Shown here one piece after another: positions 10,407 through 20,570 of a DNA stretch of 64,000 nucleotides; positions within the stretch are counted from its first letter, which is position 1; each line of letters opens with the position of its first letter. The notes below the pieces were generated by a model. The model was not told the origin of the DNA and did no database searches. It saw only the letters and a list, made by a program, of their open reading frames with translations. The stretch lies in NCBI GenBank assembly GCA_963804165.1, contig CAWDPO010000017.1:128001-192000 (forward strand), given 5' to 3'. The DNA is from an uncultured delta proteobacterium (GTDB lineage: Bacteria > Desulfobacterota > Binatia > UBA9968). The translations under genes and the position numbers were made by a program.

Positions 10407-10763
10407 TCAATATTCCGTCCGTTGATAGCGCTGGCTCTCGTATCGATTTTGTTCGATGACGCGTTGGTTTTGCTGAATCTGCTGTTGGTTATACTGGTAC
10501 TGGGCTTGTTCCTGTCCCTGCATGTAGTCGCCTACGAGCGCGCCCGCGCCCAAGCCCGTGCCGGCGCCGATCGCAGCGCCCATACCGGGACGCCCGAATG
10601 CGCTGCCGATCAATCCTCCGGCCGCCGCCCCGCCGACAGCACCGATACCTGCGCCCTTTTCTCGGGTCGTCATCGGCCCACCGGCGCAGCCCGCCGCCGT
10701 CGCCGCGATCGCAACGATCACCGTCCATGTCGAAAATTTGCTACTGGTTTTTCCTCTCTGCAT
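10407..10763 (-). CDS. Glycine-zipper lipoprotein
   Basis: Lipobox AAGC; GAGIGAVGGAAAGGLIG..GAAIGAGTGLGAGALVG; Q/Y-rich tail. Confidence 0.8.
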   Translation of the reverse strand: MQRGKTSSKFSTWTVIVAIAATAAGCAGGPMTTREKGAGIGAVGGAAAGGLIGSAFGRPGMGAAIGAGTGLGAGALVGDYMQGQEQAQYQYNQQQIQQNQRVIEQNRYESQRYQRTEY

Positions 10764-11196
10764 ATCGCCTCCTAGCTTTTGAACTTTTCGCTCCGTTCGG
10801 TCGAGCAGCGACTAGAGCAACGGATATGCCAGGGATCCAAACGGCATTCGCTATCTGATTTTTACTACGTCGCGCCAGAACGCCCTTCGACAGACTCCGT
10901 AAAAATTACGCGAGGCAGGTGAAGCTGGATGGCTCCAAGGCATGATGAAATTTGGCGCGTCTCGGTGCACAGACTCTTGGAAGAAGCGCTTACGGCAATT
11001 ACTACGTTGAATTGGATGATGCAGGGGAGGCAAAGATGATTGTCCGCGACGGGTATCAGGCGGTTCCGTAACCGCACGGCGATGACATTTCTTTCCCTTG
11101 AAAGCCAACTTGCCGCCGTTGTAGAGCTGAGACGGCATCGTGTGCCCGGGAAGATGTTGACAAGACCCCTCGTGGGACTTCGCCAAGGAGGCCAAA

Positions 11197-12180
11197 ATGA
11201 CTGTGCGGTTTGCGTCCGCGCTTACTCTCTTAGCCATCGCGCTCTATTTCGCGCCGGCTGATGGGCAAGAGAAAACCAGGATCGTTTTGGGCGCGTCCAG
11301 TAAGACTTTGGGATACAGTCCGCTTTGGGCAGCCACGAAGAAGGGTTTTTTTGACCAGCAGGGCCTCGACGTGCAATTGGTCCTGCTGCGCGGTGTGCCG
11401 ATGACTTTGCAGGCCCTGGCGGCGGGCTCGCTACACTTCGGCTCCGGCGGCCCGGAGCCTTACATCGAAGCGTCGGAGCGCGGCCTCGACTTCGTCGTCA
11501 CCGGCGGGATCATAAACGGCATCGCCCAGTTCTTGATCGCCGGTAAGAATTACAAAACCTATGAAGACCTCCGCGGCGCGACCTTCGGCACGGCATCATT
11601 GACCGGCGGCACGATCACGGCGCTTAGAGAAGCTCTCAAGCTCAAGGGCCTCGAGTATCCGCGCGATTACAAACTGCTCGTCATCGCCGGCGGGTCTTCG
11701 GCCAATCTTGCCGCGCTGCAATCCGGCCAGATCGCGGCGACGACGGTGGCGGTGCCGCTCAACTACGCCGCGGAAGAGTCAGGACTCAACGTCATCGGCC
11801 GGCTCAGCGAGGGGATCCCGCATTTTCAAACCAACGCGCTGGTGGTGCGGCGATCTTGGGCGGAAAAGAACCGCCCGGTCATGGTCCGTTTCATGAAAGC
11901 GATGGTGCTGACCTTTCGCTGGATGTTCGAGAATAGAGATGCTGCCGTTGAGTTCCTCTCCAACGAGATGAAATTGAAGCCTCTCCATGCGCGCAAGGGC
12001 TGGGAATTCTATACGCAGAATCGCTTTTGGCCGCCGGACGGTGACGTGACTATGGAAGGAATGAAGAACAATATCCGGATTTACGCTGAGCAAACCGGCG
12101 CGAAGGAGCCTCTACCGGATGTGAGCAAATATGTCGATCAAAGCTATTTGCGCGAAGCATTGAAGGAGATCGATAAGTGA
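11197..12180 (+). CDS. ABC substrate-binding protein (SsuA/THI5/NMT1-like)
   Basis: Signal peptide; KKGFF.QQGLDV, DLRG..FG, AL.SGQI.A. Confidence 0.85.
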   Translation: MTVRFASALTLLAIALYFAPADGQEKTRIVLGASSKTLGYSPLWAATKKGFFDQQGLDVQLVLLRGVPMTLQALAAGSLHFGSGGPEPYIEASERGLDFVVTGGIINGIAQFLIAGKNYKTYEDLRGATFGTASLTGGTITALREALKLKGLEYPRDYKLLVIAGGSSANLAALQSGQIAATTVAVPLNYAAEESGLNVIGRLSEGIPHFQTNALVVRRSWAEKNRPVMVRFMKAMVLTFRWMFENRDAAVEFLSNEMKLKPLHARKGWEFYTQNRFWPPDGDVTMEGMKNNIRIYAEQTGAKEPLPDVSKYVDQSYLREALKEIDK

Positions 12181-12267
12181 TAGCAATCTCACTTTGTACA
12201 AATCGAATATAGATTTTGATGCTTTAGTGTCCGAGGGTCAGAACCGACAAGTCTCCTTTCGATGGAT

Positions 12268-13167
12268 TCAGACCAGCTTCTTCACTTTCGTGTGACTGCC
12301 TCGCGCCAAAAGGGCGTCGATTAAAGATCGATGCAACGACTTGGCCGCTGCGAACTTTCTATAGATCACTGAGACTTCCATCGTTCCAATTTCACGCGTC
12401 ATATCGACGGATTGAAGGTTTCGCGATTGTCTCAGTAAACAGGTGTCGTGGACGAAACCGATGCCTAGTCCAAGTTCGACGAATTCCATTATGGTGTCGC
12501 ACGTACCGGCCTCTAGTATGTTTTCCGCCTCAATGCCATACCTTGACAGAGCTGCATCCACCAACTTTCGCGTCGGCGTCGGGCTGGTGTGAAGAACCAC
12601 CCGGTAATTCGTGATGTCTGCCAAAGATGGTTTCTTCCTCTGCGCTAGCGGGTGTCGCGCCGGAAAAATCAGGTGCATCCTGCTCGTGAACAGAGGCTGT
12701 TTTTGAATATCGTGCGGAACCTTTGTAAACCAGCCCACGGCGGCATCGATGGCGCCGTCGCTTAGCAGGGGCACCGCCTCGCGTGGGTAGCGGGAAAGCA
12801 CCGTCAGTCGAAGGTCTGGATGGCCTTGGCTAAACGCCGCGATGCGCGGCGCGAAATGCTTCGGTAGATCGCTTGAAAAAGCTATCGTCAATTTCTCGGA
12901 GTAGCCGGGAGATCCTTTCGTCGCTGACTCTTGCAGTCGGTTGAGGGCGGCCAAAATAACCTCCGTTTGTTTTAATAGGACAGCGCCGGTTTGCGTTAAA
13001 ACGAGTTTGTTTGGATGACGATCGAAGAGTTGGACGCGCAGGTCTCTCTCGAGTTTCTTGATTTGCAGGGAGATGGCCGGTGAGGTGAGTTTGAGATAAT
13101 TCGCGGCCATTTTGAGGCTGCCGTACTTTCCGACAAAATGGAATGCGCGCAGATTTTTTAAATCCAT
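12268..13167 (-). CDS. LysR-family transcriptional regulator
   Basis: N-terminal HTH (GSLKMAANYLKLTSPAISLQIKKLE..LFDR..LT..G); divergent from the catabolic cluster. Confidence 0.92.
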   Translation of the reverse strand: MDLKNLRAFHFVGKYGSLKMAANYLKLTSPAISLQIKKLERDLRVQLFDRHPNKLVLTQTGAVLLKQTEVILAALNRLQESATKGSPGYSEKLTIAFSSDLPKHFAPRIAAFSQGHPDLRLTVLSRYPREAVPLLSDGAIDAAVGWFTKVPHDIQKQPLFTSRMHLIFPARHPLAQRKKPSLADITNYRVVLHTSPTPTRKLVDAALSRYGIEAENILEAGTCDTIMEFVELGLGIGFVHDTCLLRQSRNLQSVDMTREIGTMEVSVIYRKFAAAKSLHRSLIDALLARGSHTKVKKLV

Positions 13168-13345
13168 ATCCGGCAAATTTCGACATCGACAAAAATGCGA
13201 TGTTTATCGAGGAACCAAGATTTTTTGCGGCTTGTTCGATTAAGCAAACGTGAAGCTACTATATAGCAAGAATTAATCTTGACAAACCCACAGTTCCGCG
13301 AAATGGTGCGCTCAGTTCAAACCTATCGGCAGGAGGTCATCAATC

Positions 13346-14410
13346 ATGGCGATTTTTCTATCTCACGGCGGAACATCCGTTTACGATTCAAATGGCCTTT
13401 CGGACGAGGTACTGGTTGGAACTGTTGCAGGAATTTTCAGGATTCGAAAGAGCGGCTCCAACCGGTGGAGCGTCAGCGAACGGCACCTCGAGGGGCTGCA
13501 CATTCATACCTTGGTGCTCGAGCCCTCGAGTGGATTGTTGTTTGCCGGCGCTCACAAAGGTTCGCTGCACGCGAGTGCGGACGGCGGAAAATCATGGCAG
13601 CACCGAGACAACGGAATCACCAAGAAAGATATCTATTGTTTGAGTTTCACGAAGCGCCAAGCCGGCGTGAAGCTATATGTCGGGACCGATCCGGCGCACC
13701 TGTTCGAAAGCGATGACTTGGGCGAGAGTTGGACAGAGATTCCCTCGCTGCGCGATGTGCCGAGCGTGGACAAGTGGTTTTTTCCGGCGCCGCCGAAATT
13801 TGGCCATGTCAAAAACGTCGCGATTAACTGGCGCGATCCAAACGTCGTCTACGCGTGTATCGAGCAGGGCGGACTGCTCAAGACCACGAATGGTGGCCGG
13901 TCGTGGCAGGAACTGCATGGCTTCGATGACGACGTGCATAGAGTCTTAATTTCTCCGTCGAACAGCGAACGCCTCTTCTTGTCCACGCGCGCGGGAATTT
14001 TACAAAGCGACGATGCCGGCGAGAGTTGGAATCCTCTGCCCATGGCATCGACCCACATCGGCTACCCCGATGCCCTGATCGTTCATCCCAAACGCGAAAA
14101 CGTGATGTTCACTGCGGGCGCCGCGAGCCGTCCGCCGTTTTGGTTACAGACGCATGCCGCGGATGCTCGAATTGCGCGAAGTACGGACAGCGGAAAGAAT
14201 TGGGAAGTGATGCAGAACGGCCTACCGGAGAAAATCCACGGTAACGTGGAAGCGATGGCTATGGAAGTTTACAACGGCTCTTTTGGGCTTTATGCGGGTA
14301 CCACCGATGGCGAGGTCTTTTTTAGCGACAATGAAGGGAATGATTGGAGCAAGATCGTCGAGGGACTGCCGCCGATTTCCAAGGCCCATCACTACTTGAT
14401 CATAAGATAG
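13346..14410 (+). CDS. BNR/Asp-box beta-propeller protein, cytoplasmic
   Basis: Repeated S.DGG.SW Asp-boxes (SADGGKSW, SDDLGESW, TTNGGRSW, SDDAGESW, STDSGKNW, SDNEGNDW); no signal peptide; AGGAGG RBS. Confidence 0.8.
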   Translation: MAIFLSHGGTSVYDSNGLSDEVLVGTVAGIFRIRKSGSNRWSVSERHLEGLHIHTLVLEPSSGLLFAGAHKGSLHASADGGKSWQHRDNGITKKDIYCLSFTKRQAGVKLYVGTDPAHLFESDDLGESWTEIPSLRDVPSVDKWFFPAPPKFGHVKNVAINWRDPNVVYACIEQGGLLKTTNGGRSWQELHGFDDDVHRVLISPSNSERLFLSTRAGILQSDDAGESWNPLPMASTHIGYPDALIVHPKRENVMFTAGAASRPPFWLQTHAADARIARSTDSGKNWEVMQNGLPEKIHGNVEAMAMEVYNGSFGLYAGTTDGEVFFSDNEGNDWSKIVEGLPPISKAHHYLIIR

Positions 14411-14436
14411 GGCTCGAAATCCGGGGAAGCGATCGA

Positions 14437-16020
14437 ATGGCATACTACAAGGGCCTGAGAGATTTGCTCGAGGTTCTCGAGCGTCACGGGAAGCTTGTCC
14501 GCATTTCTCGGCCGATCATCAAAGAAACGGAGTTGGTTCCTCTGGTCAGGCTTCAATTTCGCGGGTTGCCCGAGTCCAAGCGCAAAGCCTTTCTGTTTGA
14601 AAATGTCACGAGCGTGACCGGCAAAAAATATCCGGGCTCGGTTGCGGTTGGCACCTTTGCCGCCTCGCGCGAGGTTTACGCCCTTGGCATGATGTGCGAC
14701 GCCGCCGATATCGGTGAAAAATGGGTGAGGGCGTTGACCCATCCCATTCAGACGAGGACCGTCGATTCCGGCTGCTGCCAGGAGGAAGTGCACGTCGGAG
14801 AAAACCTGCTGGCGGAAGGCCTCGACGAATTACCCGTGCCGGTGAATACGCCCGGCTTTACCGGAGCGCTGCGCACGACTGCATCCCACGTGATCACCAG
14901 GGACATAGAAACCGGTGTGCAAAACTGCGGCTGCTATGCAGGTAAGTTCCTGGATCGAAACTTGATTGGGCTATCCATCGGGCCGACGCATCATGGCTCG
15001 ATACATTGGCGCAAGAGCAAAGAGAAGGGAATTTCCCCGCCCGCAGCCATCGTTATCGGCGCGCCGCCGAACATCGCTTATACCTCCGTCGCTTCGCTTC
15101 CGTACGGAGTGGATGAGCTCGCCGTCGCCGGTGGAATAGCCAACGAGCCGGTCGAGATGGTCAAATGCAAGACCATAGACCTGGAAGTGCCCGCCCATTC
15201 AGAAATCGTTATCGAAGGAGAGGTCTCCATCGATCGAAGGGTAGGATCGGCGTCCTTCGGGGAGTTTACCGGCTATATGTGCAAAGGCGCGCCGAACACC
15301 AACTATTTGATGAAAGTGACCGCCATCACCCACAGGAAGAATCCGATTTACAGCGTGTTTCTCAGTCAAATGCCACCGAGTGAAAGCAGCAAAATCGTTC
15401 AGATTGCCTTGGAGAACGTTTTTTACAAACACCTGCGGCACGATTGCAACATATCAGGAGTGATGGAGATTGCCTTTCCGGAATCCGGCGGCGGACGGAT
15501 GATTTGCATCATCCGCATGAAGAAACGAAATCCGAGCGACGTTTGGCAGGCGCTGAGCGCCGCAAATGGATTCGCTTCGGATCGCGCCAAAATTATCATT
15601 GTCGTCGATGAGGACATAGATCCCAAGGATCAGGAGGCGGTGAATTGGGCTCTGAGCTTTCGCATGCAGCCTCATCGCGACATTCACATCATGCGCGGCA
15701 GAACCGCGGGACTGGACTATTCCGCCTATGATCCGGCCGGGCCGCGCGAGGCCAGGATTTATCCGGAAGGGTTGGGGGCTTCATCGCTGATGATCGACGC
15801 GACCCTCAAATGGCCCTATCCGCCGATCTCCTTGCCCAAGAAGGAATACATGACTCGCGCCATCGAGTTATGGAATGAGCTGGAATTGGGGCCGCTCGAC
15901 TTGAAGTCTCCTTGGCATGGTTACGATCTTGGTTGCTGGTCTCAAGAGGACGAAATCAACGCGGAGTTGATTACGAGCGGCAACTACAAAGAGGTCGGGA
16001 AAAAATTAATGAGGCCCTAG
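14437..16020 (+). CDS. UbiD-family (prFMN-dependent) decarboxylase, atypical active-site motifs
   Basis: Start at ATG 14437 (MAYYKGLRD); AFLFENV, VPAHSEIVIEG, FGEFTGY, VTAITHR, VVDEDID, IDAT. Confidence 0.88.
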   Translation: MAYYKGLRDLLEVLERHGKLVRISRPIIKETELVPLVRLQFRGLPESKRKAFLFENVTSVTGKKYPGSVAVGTFAASREVYALGMMCDAADIGEKWVRALTHPIQTRTVDSGCCQEEVHVGENLLAEGLDELPVPVNTPGFTGALRTTASHVITRDIETGVQNCGCYAGKFLDRNLIGLSIGPTHHGSIHWRKSKEKGISPPAAIVIGAPPNIAYTSVASLPYGVDELAVAGGIANEPVEMVKCKTIDLEVPAHSEIVIEGEVSIDRRVGSASFGEFTGYMCKGAPNTNYLMKVTAITHRKNPIYSVFLSQMPPSESSKIVQIALENVFYKHLRHDCNISGVMEIAFPESGGGRMICIIRMKKRNPSDVWQALSAANGFASDRAKIIIVVDEDIDPKDQEAVNWALSFRMQPHRDIHIMRGRTAGLDYSAYDPAGPREARIYPEGLGASSLMIDATLKWPYPPISLPKKEYMTRAIELWNELELGPLDLKSPWHGYDLGCWSQEDEINAELITSGNYKEVGKKLMRP

Positions 16021-16092
16021 GCCTAATTTGACGACCAACCGAATGCGCATACCGGGACATCGTAAAAAAACCTTAATCGGAAAGGGACGTTT

Positions 16093-17229
16093 ATGACCGT
16101 TGATACCCTCGTCGACATGGATGAGTTTCAGCACTGCTACTTCACCGGACCGGATACGTTGGCGGGAAAATACATGCGGATGTTTTGGCATCCGATCTTT
16201 CGGTCGGAGGATCTCAAGCCGGGATGGACGCAGCCGGTTCGGATCATGAACGAGGATTTTACCCTGTATCGAAGTGAAGCGGGCAATGCTCATCTCGTCG
16301 ATTACCGGTGTGCCCATCGCGGCGTGCCGCTGACGGTGGGATGGGTGGAGGGCGAATGTATTCGGTGCCGCTTTCACGGCTGGAAATACGACAGCACAGG
16401 CCAATGCGTGGAGCAGCCTGCGGAGGATGAATCTTTCGCGGCAAAGGTCAAAATTCGGAGCTTTCCAACCAAGGAATATTTGGGCCTCGTCTTCGCGTAT
16501 TTCGGCGAGGATGCGCCGCCGGAGTTTCCTCGCTATCCGGAATTCGAGAACAAGACTATTTGGATCGAGACCTACATCCGGCCTTGCAACTTCCTTAACA
16601 ACATCGAGAACGACCCCATTCATATTCCCTTCACTCACCGTGAGTCGGAGTTTTTTATCAACCGGCCGGTGGAGATCCCGTCAGTAAGCATAGAAGAGAC
16701 CGAATACGGAATCCTGCTGCGCTCCGATTTCAAGAGCGGCCGTTATCACGTCACCCATCACGGCATGCCCAACGTCTTATGCTTTCGCCGCGGCGGGGAC
16801 CGCGATCATTTGGCGTTCCGCGTGCCCATCGACGACGATCAACACGTGAGTTTTCAGGTGGACGTGCAATTCAAGACGGGAAACGAAGCGGATGAGGCGG
16901 TCCAGAAGCGGCATGCGGCGAGGAGCGGCCAGCTGGGGCGTTCGCCCAACGAAATGGGCGAAGCGGTTCTGCGCGGCCGGATGCGCATTCAGGACATCGA
17001 GGGCGATGAAAAGGCGAATATCGTATGGATACAGGATTACGCTGTGCAAGTCGGTCAGGGTCCGGTGCGCACGCGAAAAAAGGAGTGGCTCGGCCGCTCG
17101 GACAAGGCGTTGATTATGCAGCGCAAGCTTTGGGAACGTGAGCTAAAGGCTGTGGCCGAAGGCCGGCCGATCAAGCGATGGGTATGGACGGAACGGTTGG
17201 CGGCCATCGGCTCGTACAATCCCCTGTGA
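16093..17229 (+). CDS. Rieske non-heme iron oxygenase alpha subunit (phthalate-4,5-dioxygenase/LigX-like)
   Basis: CAHR...CRFHGW Rieske motif; DPIHIPFTH and QD mononuclear Fe ligands; TGP.T.AG.YMR.FW.P N-terminus. Confidence 0.9.
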   Translation: MTVDTLVDMDEFQHCYFTGPDTLAGKYMRMFWHPIFRSEDLKPGWTQPVRIMNEDFTLYRSEAGNAHLVDYRCAHRGVPLTVGWVEGECIRCRFHGWKYDSTGQCVEQPAEDESFAAKVKIRSFPTKEYLGLVFAYFGEDAPPEFPRYPEFENKTIWIETYIRPCNFLNNIENDPIHIPFTHRESEFFINRPVEIPSVSIEETEYGILLRSDFKSGRYHVTHHGMPNVLCFRRGGDRDHLAFRVPIDDDQHVSFQVDVQFKTGNEADEAVQKRHAARSGQLGRSPNEMGEAVLRGRMRIQDIEGDEKANIVWIQDYAVQVGQGPVRTRKKEWLGRSDKALIMQRKLWERELKAVAEGRPIKRWVWTERLAAIGSYNPL

Positions 17230-17259
17230 GTTTGGGTCGTAGTCACTCAGGATGAAAAC

Positions 17260-18399
17260 ATGACGCGGTATACGTCGATCAGAACGGCAATCGTGATGTG
17301 GATTTTCTTGGGCTTCCCTTTCTTGTGGGCAAACTCAGCCAGCGCGGGCGAAGCCAAGCCTAGTGCGCAGGCCGCCTGGGAGAAGGTCGTGGCTGCGGCG
17401 AAGAGCGAGGGCGCGCTGACGATCTACGGCAACACGGGCTACGACGCCATTTTCACTGAGTTTGAGAATAGATATCCGGGCATCAAGGTCGTCTACGTCA
17501 CCGGCCGCGGCGGCCCCGACATTGTGCCGCGGATATTGAGCGAGCAGAGGGCGGAGAAATATTTGGGCGACTTGTTCCTGGCCGGCCCCACCCCGGCGTT
17601 TACCTTGCACCAGGGCAAAGCCTTGGATCCGATCAAGCCGGCTTTGATTCACCCCGAAGTGTCGGATGAATCGAAGTGGTGGCAAGGCAAGCATCAATAC
17701 GTCGATAAGGAAGGCGCGTATATTTTTACTTTCAACGGCACGTTTCGGGTCGACGTGGTTTACAACAGCAACTTGGTCAATCCCAAAGAATTAAATTCGT
17801 ACTGGGATCTGATCAACCCGAAGTGGAAGGGCAAAGTCGTCTCATTCACGCAGATTACGGCGCCGCATAAATTTTTCTTTTACCAGCCGGAGCTCGGTCC
17901 GAAATTTTTAAGCCAGCTTTTCGGCCAGATGGATGTGATCAATAGCGCAGATATGCGTCAGATCGCGGACTGGTTGGGAGTGGGAAAGCACGCCATCGGT
18001 CTTTTCGTTTCTCCGGGTAACCGAAGCATCGGCAAGGCTCGGGAGCAAGGTCTGCCGTTGGGCATCTTCAAGGCGGACCATTTCAAAGAAGGCGTGGCGC
18101 TGCTGACGGCGGCGGGCTCCGGAGCTCTGCTCAAGCGCGCGCCGCATCCCAATGCAGCCAAGTTGGCGATCAACTGGCTGCTCTCTCGCGAAGGACAAAT
18201 CGCTTTTCAGAAAAATTATGTGAGAGAGACGGGCGCCGCCGATTCGTTCCGAACGGATATCCCCAAGGACGAAATACCCGTGGAATTCAGGCGCAAAGAG
18301 GGAGTCAAGTATCTGGACATCGATTCGGCGGAGTACATCGACCCCAAACCGGTTCAGGATTTTTACAACAAACTCTGGGGCGGTCGCACCAAGAACTGA
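17260..18399 (+). CDS. ABC substrate-binding protein (AfuA/FbpA-like fold)
   Basis: Signal peptide; AAK.EG.L.IY, YN.NLV, DL.NPKWKG, APHPNAAKL.INWLLS.EGQ. Confidence 0.85.
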   Translation: MTRYTSIRTAIVMWIFLGFPFLWANSASAGEAKPSAQAAWEKVVAAAKSEGALTIYGNTGYDAIFTEFENRYPGIKVVYVTGRGGPDIVPRILSEQRAEKYLGDLFLAGPTPAFTLHQGKALDPIKPALIHPEVSDESKWWQGKHQYVDKEGAYIFTFNGTFRVDVVYNSNLVNPKELNSYWDLINPKWKGKVVSFTQITAPHKFFFYQPELGPKFLSQLFGQMDVINSADMRQIADWLGVGKHAIGLFVSPGNRSIGKAREQGLPLGIFKADHFKEGVALLTAAGSGALLKRAPHPNAAKLAINWLLSREGQIAFQKNYVRETGAADSFRTDIPKDEIPVEFRRKEGVKYLDIDSAEYIDPKPVQDFYNKLWGGRTKN

Positions 18400-18425
18400 A
18401 TCGATCAGCACAACAGGAGGAATCT

Positions 18426-19541
18426 GTGGCTGGCACAAACAATCCATCGGAACCGGTCATTTCGGCGCCTCCCTTGGAGACGGCGTATACCCAGTGGCTG
18501 CGCGAGGAGGAAGTTCCCAAACACGAAGGCTCCTGGGCGGATCTCAACGCGGTCGCGGTTGAGCCGTGGAAGCGGCTGGGGTGCCTCGGGGCGTATGTCA
18601 GTCTAGCGGAGCAACAATCGCTCGACGCCTACGTTGCCGAGATTCCCGCGGGTGGCAAGACTCATCCGGCTCGCCATCTATACGAAGAGGCCATTTATGT
18701 CCTCCGGGGCCGGGGAGCAACGACCGTTTGGTACGATGGCATGCCGAAGCAAACCTTCGAATGGCAGGAGGGCAGCCTTTTTTCGCCGCCGCTTAACTGT
18801 TGGCGCCAGCACTTCAACGGCGAGGGCAATGAACCGACCAGATTTGTCAGCATCACCACCGCGCCGCACACCATCAATCTTTTCCGCGATAAAAAATTTA
18901 TCTACGACAATCCGTTTGTCTTCAGCAGCCGCTATCAGACCAACCCCAAGTATTTTAGCGGCGCCGGTGTGCAAGAGACCTACACTTTGCCGGATTCTCC
19001 CGGCCGTCACCGAAAAGTTTGGAAGACCAATGTCGTCCCCGATGTTCTTCACTTCGAAAATCTTACGGACCACAGCCGCGGCATGTACGCTCCCGGGGCG
19101 GCGCTCTCGGTGCATTTCAATCTCGCGGAAAACACCATGGGCGGGCACATCGCCGACCAAAAGCCGGGCTATTATAAGAAAGCCCACCGTCACGGCCCGG
19201 GCGCGCATCTGATCATTCTGCGAGGCACGGGATATTCGTTGCAATGGTTGGAGGGACAGCCGCGGGAGAGAGTCGACTGGAAGCCAGGTATCGTCTTCTC
19301 GCCGCCGGACATGTGGTACCACAACCATTTGGTCACCGGCAAAGAGCCGGCGCGACTGCTGGCGGTCCACTGGGGAGGTGCGCACATCGGCGTCAATCGC
19401 GGGACGGAGAAGAACTACGGCGATCAGATCGAATACGAGGACGAGGATCCGGAGATTAGAAGGGAGTTCGAGCGCGAGTGCAAGAAAAATGGCGTCACGG
19501 TGCAGATGCCGCAAGTGACTTACCGCGGTTCAAAAACGTAG
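18426..19541 (+). CDS. Bicupin protein (gentisate-1,2-dioxygenase-like)
   Basis: Two cupin motifs: RHLYEE.IYV..G.G...QHFN and AHRH...G.G...WYHNH. Confidence 0.75.
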   Translation: MAGTNNPSEPVISAPPLETAYTQWLREEEVPKHEGSWADLNAVAVEPWKRLGCLGAYVSLAEQQSLDAYVAEIPAGGKTHPARHLYEEAIYVLRGRGATTVWYDGMPKQTFEWQEGSLFSPPLNCWRQHFNGEGNEPTRFVSITTAPHTINLFRDKKFIYDNPFVFSSRYQTNPKYFSGAGVQETYTLPDSPGRHRKVWKTNVVPDVLHFENLTDHSRGMYAPGAALSVHFNLAENTMGGHIADQKPGYYKKAHRHGPGAHLIILRGTGYSLQWLEGQPRERVDWKPGIVFSPPDMWYHNHLVTGKEPARLLAVHWGGAHIGVNRGTEKNYGDQIEYEDEDPEIRREFERECKKNGVTVQMPQVTYRGSKT

Positions 19542-19593
19542 CGAATAAAAGTGGCCAAACGCAGCCAAAACGGATGGAAAGGAGAAGTCCGAT

Positions 19594-20529
19594 ATGAAGC
19601 GGATGCAGGTCCAAGTAGGTCCAAACGGCAGTCCTCTCAATCGACCGAGCAGTTTGGAGGATTGTTTACGCAAAGATTTCCAGGAAAAGAAGCACGCGAT
19701 CAAAATGAGCGAGGTCAAGCTCGAGCCCGTCAAGGGAACTGAAGGTTACCGCAGCGGGTGGTATGACTTCGGCAGCCAAGTCGTGGCGTGGGGTCTCACC
19801 GAAATCAGCCCGGGCGGTGCCGGACCCCTGCATCGCCAGTTGTGTGAATCGACGATGTTCGTCTTGGAAGGCGAAGGCTATACCGTCGTCAATGGCCGGA
19901 GATTCGATTGGAAAAAGGGCGATGTGCTATTCGTCCCGTTGTTCGCATGGCATCAGCATGTCAACACCGGTCAGCGTGCGGCCAAATACGCGCGCATGAG
20001 CACTGCGCCGATCTATAAGTTTCTCGGCTTGGGTGGCGAGGAAAACTTGTCGCCGCCGGCGTCCTGGGACCGTGCCGACGAAGAATCGGGGCCGCTTGGC
20101 AAAGTGCTGTTGAAATTCGAAGACGGGCTCGGACGAGAAAATTGGGAGAAATCCCGCGACGGTCAAACCGTCACGTTCGATTTCCAATATCGAATTCCGA
20201 CGACTCGCCGCGTTCCTTCCCGGATCATGCCCAACGAGAGCGGTGGCATGCACCGCCACGCCAGCGAGGCGCAAATCTTCATCTATCAAGGCAAAGGCTT
20301 TTCGACCCTCAACGAGAAGCGGATCGAGTGGGAGGCCGGGGACGTTGTGCGGGTTCCGCTTTTCGCCTGGCACCAACACACGAACACGGGCAACGAGCCG
20401 GCGATCTGGCTCAAACACACTTCGGCGGCACTCTATAAACAGATCGGCTTGCTCATGCGCGATGCGAGACCGGGATTCGGCGGCAGCGACGATGTCGCGG
20501 AGTTCAAAGACGATTTCGCACCGTATTGA
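19594..20529 (+). CDS. Bicupin protein (gentisate-1,2-dioxygenase-like)
   Basis: HRQ..E...GEG...PLFAWHQHVN and HRH..E...GKG...PLFAWHQHTN. Confidence 0.75.
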   Translation: MKRMQVQVGPNGSPLNRPSSLEDCLRKDFQEKKHAIKMSEVKLEPVKGTEGYRSGWYDFGSQVVAWGLTEISPGGAGPLHRQLCESTMFVLEGEGYTVVNGRRFDWKKGDVLFVPLFAWHQHVNTGQRAAKYARMSTAPIYKFLGLGGEENLSPPASWDRADEESGPLGKVLLKFEDGLGRENWEKSRDGQTVTFDFQYRIPTTRRVPSRIMPNESGGMHRHASEAQIFIYQGKGFSTLNEKRIEWEAGDVVRVPLFAWHQHTNTGNEPAIWLKHTSAALYKQIGLLMRDARPGFGGSDDVAEFKDDFAPY

Positions 20530-20570
20530 TCCGTAGCGACCGGCGTATCTACGTTGAAGATGGACGACCC

